Assembly: GCA_016930515.1 (NCBI GenBank)
Contig: JAFGGO010000015.1
Location: forward strand, 1-37,003
Direction of reading: 5' to 3'
Length of the DNA stretch: 37,003 bases
Source of the DNA: Promethearchaeota archaeon
Lineage (GTDB): Archaea; Asgardarchaeota; Lokiarchaeia; Sigyniarchaeales; SOKP01
The notes under the pieces are model-generated. The model saw only the letters and a list, made by a program, of their open reading frames with translations, made no database searches and was not told where the DNA came from. Positions 17,458 to 26,323 of the stretch are shown in pieces. How positions within the stretch are numbered: the first letter of the stretch is position 1; every line of letters begins with the position of its first letter. Made by a program: the position numbers and the translations under genes.

Positions 17458-19350
17458 GTGAAAATACTTATCTTAAGTCACTTTGACGCTCGAGTAGGGC
17501 CGGTACCCTTTTTATTTGCACCTAAAACTATAGATGAAAAGATCTTGGATCAAATACCAGATCTGATGAATTTATTTGATGAAAATGGATTTTTCGTGCA
17601 TATCGTTGGCGGATTTAAGAGTGCAAATCTCGTCTTTGAAATTCCCAATCCCCACTCTCGTGGAAAAGTGGAGATGCTTTTGATATCAGTGCTAATTACG
17701 GAAGGAGATCTTAATATTGAACTAGCAAAAGAGCTCTTACAACGATTCTCCGTGGAGCTAAACAATATTGATGACGCCTATCAAGCATTTTATCCACAAG
17801 CGACTAAGAATGGAACATTAGAAACAAAACATGAGGAAATAAATTCCCTTTTCAAAGCTTTTTACGATTCATTTCCAGAAGAAAGCTTTATTAAAAGAAG
17901 AAAGGACGCAAAAATATTTGTTTTTGGATTATCGAAAGCTGGTAAAACAACAATTATAAAGACGCTACAGAACTCTGAATTAAGAAATACAATCCCAACA
18001 ACGAGTATTGGTATATCGAGAATTTACCTGAATAATTTATCTATATTAGCATATGACGCCCCTGGGCAATCAAAATTCAGAAATATGTGGACGGATTACT
18101 TGAAAAAGCAAAATGGGCTAGTCTTTGTTCTCGACGCGTCTAGAAAGGAGAAATATTCAAGCGCAAGAGATATATTACACCATATAGCCGGACAAGAAGA
18201 TATGAAAGACTTGCCCTTGCTTTTGCTATATAATAAAGTGGACCTTTATAGCCCTAAGATCGAGGAAATTAACCAACTTTTAGAAATAAACAAGTTAAAT
18301 AGAACCAATCTAAAATCTTTTTTAACAACTGGATTTGATAGCTCTATGATTAATGATGCGTTTAGTTGGTTAAGCCAACAATTGTTATCTCTAGTAGAAC
18401 CAACTGAAAGTGCCGTTTTAAAGGAAAAAATTGGAGAAGGAATAATTTTTTCTATATGGGACGATACTATCGGGCTGGAAGTAATTGGTGTGTATCCAAT
18501 TAACGCTTTCAGTGATCCTGAAGTCTTGGCAATCAATTGTTTTTCAATCTCTCAGACGATTTTTGGAGGAGATAAGTTTAAGAAAATATCTGTTATCTTT
18601 CCCTTCGTTCATTTAAAAGCTAAAATCGCCATATACTTTGATTATGTAGAACACTCTACAGTTCGGGGAGGCAAGTTACCTCTTTCAATGCTAATTTCTT
18701 TTAAAGAAGAAGTTCCAAACGAATTCATCCACCAACTTGATTCCGTTGTTTTTAACGAACTTACTAAAATTAAACCACATTACTCTGAAAAAGAGAAAAT
18801 AAAAAACGATCTAAAAAATGTATTCGAAATGATATCCGAAATCCGAAAATCAGGATTATTTACGCTTGGTGGTGCGAAAAACGTGCCTTTAGATGAAAGG
18901 AGCACAAAATCTACAATTACTACTTTTCAAGAATATTTTGAAGCCTTCGGAAATAAATCAGATCTTTCCTATCTTCGGGAAATTCAACCTTCATATGAAA
19001 ACGAATCCCATTGTTCAATATGTTATGAAGAATTCAAGGAACGGCAAACCATCATTCGTACTGCATCTCATTTAATCAAAGTATGCGATACTTGTCTTCA
19101 CGAGATAACCTTAGCTGATATAAATATGATACACCAAATGTTTTTAGCATACGGGGGGTATTTTGGGATGAAAAAAACTCAAAATGGGAAAGACGAGAAT
19201 ATAATTGCGTTTTTAAGAAACGAAATTAAATCTAAAAAAAATGGGATAGATCCCATCGATAGACATGTTAAGGTTCTGCACGAATCCTTATTGTTGGGTA
19301 TTTATCCAGAGCGATTTAAGAAAGATGTATTACCTTATTTAAGAACCTGA
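17458..19350 (+). CDS. Multidomain Arf-like small GTPase: uDENN/longin - GTPase - uDENN/longin - C4 Zn-binding domain
   Basis: G1 GLSKAGKT, G2 PTT, G3 DAPGQ-FRNMW, G4 NKVD, C-terminal AFSWL. Flanking domains start LSHFDARVGP and IFSIWDDTIGL and each has an RG motif (R68, R403). C-terminal CSIC...CDTC. Confidence 0.85.
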   Translation: MKILILSHFDARVGPVPFLFAPKTIDEKILDQIPDLMNLFDENGFFVHIVGGFKSANLVFEIPNPHSRGKVEMLLISVLITEGDLNIELAKELLQRFSVELNNIDDAYQAFYPQATKNGTLETKHEEINSLFKAFYDSFPEESFIKRRKDAKIFVFGLSKAGKTTIIKTLQNSELRNTIPTTSIGISRIYLNNLSILAYDAPGQSKFRNMWTDYLKKQNGLVFVLDASRKEKYSSARDILHHIAGQEDMKDLPLLLLYNKVDLYSPKIEEINQLLEINKLNRTNLKSFLTTGFDSSMINDAFSWLSQQLLSLVEPTESAVLKEKIGEGIIFSIWDDTIGLEVIGVYPINAFSDPEVLAINCFSISQTIFGGDKFKKISVIFPFVHLKAKIAIYFDYVEHSTVRGGKLPLSMLISFKEEVPNEFIHQLDSVVFNELTKIKPHYSEKEKIKNDLKNVFEMISEIRKSGLFTLGGAKNVPLDERSTKSTITTFQEYFEAFGNKSDLSYLREIQPSYENESHCSICYEEFKERQTIIRTASHLIKVCDTCLHEITLADINMIHQMFLAYGGYFGMKKTQNGKDENIIAFLRNEIKSKKNGIDPIDRHVKVLHESLLLGIYPERFKKDVLPYLRT

Positions 19351-19363
19351 TAATTAAGAGCTG

Positions 19364-20626
19364 GTGTTCGTGTCTTTAAAAAATCAAAACGATGCTGCAA
19401 TGATTATGGAATTATTTAATGATATCATGTGTTTAAATCAAGTTTTCCTTATCAATAAAAATTCGGGGATTTGTGCCTATTTCTGGAGTAATAATAATTA
19501 TCACCAGAATTTAAAAAATCTTGATGATATTTTAAGCACAATATTTGAATTTGGAACTAGGATTAACGCACAAGCAACCATTAATAATATAAAATGCGGA
19601 AGTTATTATCATATTGCCATTGCAGATGGTCACTATTTTCGCATCGCTGTTGTACAATCGAAAAAACCTTCATTGCTGTTTCGATTTAAAATCCAAAGAC
19701 TTCTCAAATCAATTGAAGCCGAATTAAAAGGTTCAAAAAAAGAGGTTTCTCTCAACATTGAAAGTTTTAATAAAATTGAATCCATTATTCAAGACGAGCT
19801 CTATTTATCATTACTTCTTGCTTACAAAATCAACTACGATTATGAAAACTCGGATAAACTCCTCGAACATGATACTACTGATGTGCTCAAGATCGCGAAT
19901 ATTCTTATCCAAGAATATAAATCCCCCTTTTTTTTCATCCCAATTCTTGTACGAGAAATCTCTGAAAAGATGGATATAACATTCGAACAGATTCTCCATT
20001 CAGTTGTAGATCTTCAAAAGTTGAATATTATCGAACCTATCAAAATCCAGCAAACTTATGTTTCTCCATCAAAAAAACAATTTGAACTCATTGAGCGATC
20101 AGCCGATTATATTAATCCCAAAAAACTTGTAGCTTTTATTGAAACTCGAACTCCGATTGAAAGAGAAATTTTTTTTTTCACTCTTGTTCGAAGAAAAAAA
20201 ATCGTTTCTCCTCCAATTAAAGTAGAGGATGTAGCAATTAGAATAGAAAGCGTGAAATCTGCAAGAAAAAATCTTGAAGATTTAAAAAAAAAGGTAAAAT
20301 CAGCACTAAAAAAGAAAGATTTTGAAATTATAAAAATCTTATATAGAGAAGCGATCAGAATAGCGTGTTATTGGAATTTAGCAGAAAATCTCAAGTTTTT
20401 TATAAATGTACGACGATTGGTAAAGATAGAAGAGAATAAAAAAAAATTAGAACAATTTAAAGCAAGAGCTGAAAATGCCCAGAATGCTGGTCACGCAAAT
20501 CAAGCGTCTCATTATTTTTCCTTGGCAAGTGAAGTAGCATATTTACTTTATCATTTAGGTGATATAGAAATATATGACGATTTATGCGTTCTTGCAAAGC
20601 AAAAAAACCAGATTATAAAATTATGA
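19364..20626 (+). CDS. Hypothetical protein: longin-like domain + winged-helix-like region + helical (TPR-like) C-terminus
   Basis: LNQVFLINKNSGICAY longin-type start; ILVREISEKMDITFEQILHSVVDLQKLNIIEP wHTH-like; Ala-patterned helices at the C-terminus. Begins 13 nt after the upstream stop. GTG 19364; alternative ATG 19400. Confidence 0.7.
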   Translation: MFVSLKNQNDAAMIMELFNDIMCLNQVFLINKNSGICAYFWSNNNYHQNLKNLDDILSTIFEFGTRINAQATINNIKCGSYYHIAIADGHYFRIAVVQSKKPSLLFRFKIQRLLKSIEAELKGSKKEVSLNIESFNKIESIIQDELYLSLLLAYKINYDYENSDKLLEHDTTDVLKIANILIQEYKSPFFFIPILVREISEKMDITFEQILHSVVDLQKLNIIEPIKIQQTYVSPSKKQFELIERSADYINPKKLVAFIETRTPIEREIFFFTLVRRKKIVSPPIKVEDVAIRIESVKSARKNLEDLKKKVKSALKKKDFEIIKILYREAIRIACYWNLAENLKFFINVRRLVKIEENKKKLEQFKARAENAQNAGHANQASHYFSLASEVAYLLYHLGDIEIYDDLCVLAKQKNQIIKL

Positions 20627-20700
20627 TTCTATCTTTAATAGAAAAACTCTAAATCTAGTGTTCATTTTTAACCTATAGATATCTGTGCTAGGTGCAAAAG

Positions 20701-22506
20701 ATGGGAGAAAACACGAATAAAACAATTAGGGCGCCGATAGCCTGTATTTTAGGGCACATCGATCATGGTAAGACATCGCTTTTAGATTATATTAGAGGAA
20801 CAATCGTTCAACAACGAGAAGCTGCGGGTATAACGCAACATATTGGGGCCTCTTATTTCCCATTGGACGAAATTAAGAATTTTCTTTCAAAATCAAGACC
20901 AGAATTCGCTCAAAAAGACTTTAGACTCCCTGGAATCCTCATTGTCGATACACCTGGTCATGCGGCCTTTATGAACTTGAGAAAACGAGGTGGTGCCGTG
21001 GCAGATATTGCGATCTTGGTGGTCGACGTAACAGCTGGTACGATGCCGATAACATGGGAATCTGTGAGAATCCTTCGTGAGCGTAAAACTCCGTTTATCA
21101 TCGCTGCAAACAAGATAGATCGCATTTCTGGATGGAAACCCACCAAGGACGCCGATTTCTTAGATACATATAACAAGCAGAAATCTCATGTCAAAGAATT
21201 CTTGGACGAGAAGATCTTTTCAATTATCGGAAATTTTCTCGAGGAGGGTTTCAAGGATTGCGATGTTTATTATAAGATCAAGGATTTCACGCAAAAGCTC
21301 GCTATAGTACCTACAAGCGCAAAGACTGGTGAAGGAATATCAACTCTGTTAATGATTCTTATGGGATTAGTACAACAATACTTAACGAATAACTTGAAAT
21401 TTTCCGAAGGTCCTGCCAAGGGAGTAGTTTTAGAAGTCAAAAAAGAAAAAGGCCAAGGAAAGACGATGGATGTTCTTATTTATGACGGAGTGATTAATAA
21501 GGGCGATGATTTCATCGTAGGTGGATTGGATGGCCCCATCAAATCAAAAGTCAGGGCTTTACTCACACCAAAACCACTAGATGAAATTCGAGATCCAAGA
21601 CAAAAATTTGACACCGTTGATTTTGTGAGTGCTGCCGCCGGCATTAAGATTTTAGCGCCGAATATAGACGATGTTGTTGCAGGGTCTCCATTTAAAATAG
21701 TTGGAGATCCTTCTGACGAGGAGCGCGTGTATCAAGAAATCGAAGAGGAAGTTGATGCTATCAGGATAAAGACGGATAAAGCAGGAGTTGTGTTGAAAGC
21801 CGATACGCTTGGTTCTCTTGAAGCGCTCGAAAACCATTTCTCGAAAGAAGGCGTTAAGATTAGTATCGCTGATGTAGGACCTATTAAAAAAGAAGATATA
21901 ATCAATGCTGGTATTGTTCGTGGCTTCGATCAATACTCTGCAGTAGTATTAGGTTTTAACGTTCCCATATTACCTGAAGCCGAAGAACAGGCCTACAAGG
22001 ATAATATTAGGATCTTCACAAACGATGTGATTTATCGCTTGCTCGAAGATTATATCGAGTATTCAGAAACTAGAAAAGCCGAGGACACCGCAAAAAAGTT
22101 AAACGAGCTCATCTTACCAGCTAAACTGAAGATGCTTCCCGATTATGTGTTTCGAAACTCAAATCCCGCAGTTTTTGGTGTTTCCGTGGAGGTTGGTACT
22201 TTGAAACCCAAAGTTCTTCTCATTACAGATAAAGGAAAAAAAGCAGGGAGGGTTCACCAAGTACAGGACAAGGGTCAGTCGCTTGAAAAAGCAGAAAAGG
22301 GTTCTGAAGTCGCAATATCCGTAAAAGGTATAGAAATTGGACGAGACATAGAAAGAGACGAGACATTATTCGTTAGTCTTCCTGAATCTCATGTAAGACA
22401 ATTAATGGCGCGTTTTTTGAACGATATGACTTCAGATCAAAAAGAAGCACTCCGCGAGTATATAAAAATGATGCGAACTCACTCACATCCTTGGTGGGGA
22501 ATGTAA
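20701..22506 (+). CDS. infB: Translation initiation factor IF-2 (aIF5B)
   Basis: IRAPIACILGHIDHGKT, REAAGITQHIGA, DTPGH, NKID, KADTLGSLEAL, FRNSNPAVFGV. ATG 20701; alternative GTG 20692. Confidence 0.98.
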   Translation: MGENTNKTIRAPIACILGHIDHGKTSLLDYIRGTIVQQREAAGITQHIGASYFPLDEIKNFLSKSRPEFAQKDFRLPGILIVDTPGHAAFMNLRKRGGAVADIAILVVDVTAGTMPITWESVRILRERKTPFIIAANKIDRISGWKPTKDADFLDTYNKQKSHVKEFLDEKIFSIIGNFLEEGFKDCDVYYKIKDFTQKLAIVPTSAKTGEGISTLLMILMGLVQQYLTNNLKFSEGPAKGVVLEVKKEKGQGKTMDVLIYDGVINKGDDFIVGGLDGPIKSKVRALLTPKPLDEIRDPRQKFDTVDFVSAAAGIKILAPNIDDVVAGSPFKIVGDPSDEERVYQEIEEEVDAIRIKTDKAGVVLKADTLGSLEALENHFSKEGVKISIADVGPIKKEDIINAGIVRGFDQYSAVVLGFNVPILPEAEEQAYKDNIRIFTNDVIYRLLEDYIEYSETRKAEDTAKKLNELILPAKLKMLPDYVFRNSNPAVFGVSVEVGTLKPKVLLITDKGKKAGRVHQVQDKGQSLEKAEKGSEVAISVKGIEIGRDIERDETLFVSLPESHVRQLMARFLNDMTSDQKEALREYIKMMRTHSHPWWGM

Positions 22507-22519
22507 AAACGAATAAATT

Positions 22520-24631
22520 TTAATCCGATACTTTTATTGCTTCTGTTAATCGAATATCTCTCGACGAGCTGCCAAGGAGGATCTTGAACTCACCTGGTTC
22601 TACCTTCCAAGATTTCGAATTTTCGTCGTAAAATGATAGATCTGCAGGATGTAATTCAAAAGTTATCTTTTTATATTCGCTTGGTTCTAACATTATTTTT
22701 TGAAAACCCTTGAGTTCTTTAATTGGTCTTTGAACGCTCGATTCAACATCTTGCACATAGAGCTGAACAACTTCGGCTCCTCGACGATTACCTGTGTTGC
22801 AAAGGTCTAATGAAATCGAAAATGCATCCTTTTGATTGATTACTTCTCTTGAAATTGATAAATTTGAATATTCAAAGGTGGTATACGATAAACCATGACC
22901 GAAACAGAATAAGGGCTCTATGTTGTTTATATCAAAATGGCGATAACCCACAAAGATACCTTCCTCATATAGGACATCGTCGTAAGCATATTTAATTCGA
23001 AATTCATCTTTTTTTATACTGAGGTCCCCTTCCTTCAATTTATTCCAATCTTTTATACCTGGATACGATAATAAAGAGGCATGTGCAGGAGAATCTGAAA
23101 GTTTTCGTGGAAATGTTATTGGCAACTTTCCAGATGGGCTCACATCTCCAAAAATGATGTCAGCCAAGGCCATTCCTCCCTCCATCCCTGCATACCACGC
23201 TTGAATTACGGCGGGAACCTCATTTATCCAATTATCCATTGCTACGGGGGATCCACTAATCAGAATAACGATTGCATTAGGATTCTTCTTAACCGTTTCT
23301 TTTATAAGTTGTTCTTGTTCCAAAGGAAGTTCCAAATAAAGTCTGTCTTTGTTTTCATAATCGTTAAATTTTTTGTGATTTAGTCCAACGCAAATCACAG
23401 ATACATCGCTTTTTTCTACTGAAGAAATAATTTTAATTTTACCCTTGCATTTTAACTTGAGTCCTTTGTAGGGTGTTATTTCGTATAACGCGTTCACGGA
23501 AGAGCTTCCTCCTCCCGAGGCCATCTTCTTTTTCGCATTTGGTCCTAAAATTGAAATTTTTTTAATTTCGTTTATATTTAAAGGAAGCAAATCACATTCG
23601 TTTTTGAGGAGGACCATTCCCTCTTGAGCGATTTTTCTCGCAAGTATTTGGTGCTCGGGAGCATTTCGATATTTTTCAAAATCAATATTCCGTTCCTCTA
23701 AAAAACCTACCAAGAACATAACGCGAAGTAATCTCATAAGATTGTTATCTATATGGCGTTCTTCAAGAAAACCCATATCAAGGGCGCGTTTTAGCTTTTT
23801 TGGATGATAACAAAAAGCTTGATTTTTAGGGATCATTTTTACATTTCCAGGCATTTCTAGACTCAATCCTGCTTTAATGCATTTAACAGTGTTCGTGAAA
23901 CGGGTTGCGAACCAATCCGACATGACAAAACCACGGAAATCCCATTCTTTTACGAGCTTATCTACGAGTAAATCGTGGTTTTCACAACCATATTCTTCGT
24001 TTATCCTGTTATAGCAAGCCATAACGCTCCAGACATTGGCTTCTTTCACTGTTGCTTCAAAAGCAGGTAAATAAATCTCTCTAAGAGCTCTTTCGCTTAT
24101 CTTTGAGTTAACTTTAAATCTATTAAATTCTTGATTATTTGCAGCGTAATGCTTTGCACAAGCAGCTATTCCTTGACTTTGAATTCCTTTTACCACCTTT
24201 ACTGCCAAGATTTTATTTAGAAATGGATCTTCCGTCTGATATTCGAAGTTCCTACCACATAAAGGTGTTCTTTGAATGTTTATTCCTGGAGCTAAGACGA
24301 TTGAACGCCCAATAGATTTGGCTTCTTTGGCTAGCGCAACTCCAAACTGTTCAGAAAGGTGAGTGTTCCATGTAGCAGTCCTGCAAGTCGCAACGGGAAA
24401 ATACGACATCTTTCCTGCAAAACGTACGGCAAAACCTCCGATTCCGTGTGGACCGTCCGTCATTTTTAAAGATGGGATTCCTAGTCTTTTTATCGATTTT
24501 GTCCAAAATAACTTTTTTCCCGATAATAGCGACAATTTTTCTTCGAGCGTTAAGCGAGATAACAGATCTTTAACTCTAAATTCGATTTCCAAATTCTCGT
24601 CTTGATAAGCCAATTTTTCATTTCTTTCCAT
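22520..24631 (-). CDS. Glycoside hydrolase family 3 beta-glucosidase with C-terminal FN3-like domain
   Basis: LTLEEK, DGPHG, GRNFEY, KHYAAN, nucleophile motif MSDW, PSGKLP, FGHGLSYTTF, EVVQLY, ELKGF. No evident signal peptide. Confidence 0.96.
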   Translation of the reverse strand: MERNEKLAYQDENLEIEFRVKDLLSRLTLEEKLSLLSGKKLFWTKSIKRLGIPSLKMTDGPHGIGGFAVRFAGKMSYFPVATCRTATWNTHLSEQFGVALAKEAKSIGRSIVLAPGINIQRTPLCGRNFEYQTEDPFLNKILAVKVVKGIQSQGIAACAKHYAANNQEFNRFKVNSKISERALREIYLPAFEATVKEANVWSVMACYNRINEEYGCENHDLLVDKLVKEWDFRGFVMSDWFATRFTNTVKCIKAGLSLEMPGNVKMIPKNQAFCYHPKKLKRALDMGFLEERHIDNNLMRLLRVMFLVGFLEERNIDFEKYRNAPEHQILARKIAQEGMVLLKNECDLLPLNINEIKKISILGPNAKKKMASGGGSSSVNALYEITPYKGLKLKCKGKIKIISSVEKSDVSVICVGLNHKKFNDYENKDRLYLELPLEQEQLIKETVKKNPNAIVILISGSPVAMDNWINEVPAVIQAWYAGMEGGMALADIIFGDVSPSGKLPITFPRKLSDSPAHASLLSYPGIKDWNKLKEGDLSIKKDEFRIKYAYDDVLYEEGIFVGYRHFDINNIEPLFCFGHGLSYTTFEYSNLSISREVINQKDAFSISLDLCNTGNRRGAEVVQLYVQDVESSVQRPIKELKGFQKIMLEPSEYKKITFELHPADLSFYDENSKSWKVEPGEFKILLGSSSRDIRLTEAIKVSD

Positions 24632-24869
24632 ATTAATAATAATTTCACACTCAAGATATTTTTATTTTCAATTTGATGATTTATCACAATTAAAGAACAC
24701 AAAAAATCCAATATAATCGCTATCTTTGAATTTTTTACATGATTCTTAATCAAAGGACATTTAAAACGCCCTTCATTTTTAATAATTAAAGCGGTTTAGG
24801 TCACAAATAAGTAATAATATGTATAATATTATATCATAAGATAAAAATTAAATGTCGTAGTTTGAATAT

Positions 24870-26210
24870 ATGACAAGAAAAGTTGATTACAAACAAAAAA
24901 TCTATCAATGCATTCTCAATAATGGTTATGGATTGACGGTAACAGATATAGCTAACGAAATTAACTTTAGTAGGAATACTGTTTATAAGTACTTGGAGAT
25001 CCTCGAAAACGAAGAGCTCATTTATAAAAAAAAGATAGGAATGTATACGCTATACTTTTCTCAAGAAGAAAACATCTTAAACAAGGACTTGATAATCTCC
25101 TTTTTAAAAGGGCTCCTACTCAATTTGAAAAGCGCTTTTCCCGATAAAGGTGCAATGTTTCAAGAATTTGGGAGAAACATGGCAAAAACAATGAATATCA
25201 GCTTTTCTGAAAATGATTTAAAGTATTTCAAAAAGCTCATGTACGAATCCGATGAGAAAATCTTGGAATCTATTGGCAACTATCTTCCGTACTTTAACCT
25301 CATTCACGATAGCGTCGCCGTTTCAGAAATTACAATCGATAAAAAGAATAAAAAAGCCTCGATAACTTTCGTCAATTCAGACATGTTAGATCTTACGGAC
25401 GATTACATCTATTATTTTTACCTCATCGTGGGTTTGATGGAAGAGACATTGTCTGAACATATTGGAAGGGATATTAAATTCGATGTGCTTGAATACGAGA
25501 CCTTTGATGTAAAAAAAAATAGTTTCGTCAAGATTTCTGTAGGCATCCAAGTTATGCTTCCTGACATCGAGATGAAAGAATACGATGAAATTATTCCTAA
25601 AAATAGCGAAATCCCAGATATTGAAAATTTGAAAATGATACTTAATCCTCAAACTCTCTCATATATAGTTCACGCGTGCGTTCTCGGTCAAAATCTGCTA
25701 ATTATTAGCGAAAATGATGAAGTTAAAGCACTACTCATTAATTTTGTAAGGACAATATATAGCGAACTCTTTGATATCAACTTTTCCGTTGAAAATAATG
25801 GATTTTATCAGAAAAACAAGACACTTTATAAGGATTACATCGTAATAGGGGGATTAGAAATAATTTACGACAAAAAAAACTTACTTAATAAACGAAAAAT
25901 TAAAATTGAAAGCGTTATAGTCCAGCAGTTTTTCAACGAGCCCTCCCCTGATAAAAGCTTTTTCTCTCTTAGGCGAGAAATGCAAAAGGCTTACATGCTT
26001 TCTAAGGAATTATCGGATATCATTTCTGATTTTTTTAAGCAAAACAAGGAATCCAAGGAAATAGATTCGAAAATGATAACGGATGCCTTGGAGAAAAAAT
26101 ATAACACGAGTTTAACCACATCTTATTTAACTTTTTTAGTCGATATCATGGAAAATTATTTTGGTGTGAGTGTTCCAAAAGTCTGGAAGTTTTTCTTGTT
26201 CCAACTTTAA
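24870..26210 (+). CDS. Winged-HTH transcription regulator + V4R/H-NOX-like domain + DENN-like C-terminal module
   Basis: GLTVTDIANEINFSRNTVYKYLEILE...KKKIG wHTH (aa1-65); FQEFGRNMA...YLIVGLMEETL...FDVLE V4R-like (aa70-227); LSYIVHACVLGQNLLIIS DENN-core-like (aa250-446). Confidence 0.75.
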   Translation: MTRKVDYKQKIYQCILNNGYGLTVTDIANEINFSRNTVYKYLEILENEELIYKKKIGMYTLYFSQEENILNKDLIISFLKGLLLNLKSAFPDKGAMFQEFGRNMAKTMNISFSENDLKYFKKLMYESDEKILESIGNYLPYFNLIHDSVAVSEITIDKKNKKASITFVNSDMLDLTDDYIYYFYLIVGLMEETLSEHIGRDIKFDVLEYETFDVKKNSFVKISVGIQVMLPDIEMKEYDEIIPKNSEIPDIENLKMILNPQTLSYIVHACVLGQNLLIISENDEVKALLINFVRTIYSELFDINFSVENNGFYQKNKTLYKDYIVIGGLEIIYDKKNLLNKRKIKIESVIVQQFFNEPSPDKSFFSLRREMQKAYMLSKELSDIISDFFKQNKESKEIDSKMITDALEKKYNTSLTTSYLTFLVDIMENYFGVSVPKVWKFFLFQL

Positions 26211-26323
26211 CCTTGTTTTCGAATCGGTTGCAACGATTACTATCATTATGAAAGATAATTATTTAGGTTTCAATTCATTATAGGCAATATGTACAATTAC
26301 TAAAGTTTTAAGTTTGAACCAAA

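Noticed and set aside
19348-19363. Possible UGA (selenocysteine) readthrough fusing the 17458 and 19364 genes
   Set aside because: TGA is immediately followed by TAA, and the next ORF is in another frame. No SECIS-like element was recognised.
24822-24833. Perfect palindrome TATAATATTATA upstream of the wHTH gene as an operator
   Set aside because: Pure A/T in very AT-rich DNA; likely chance or simply the TATA region.
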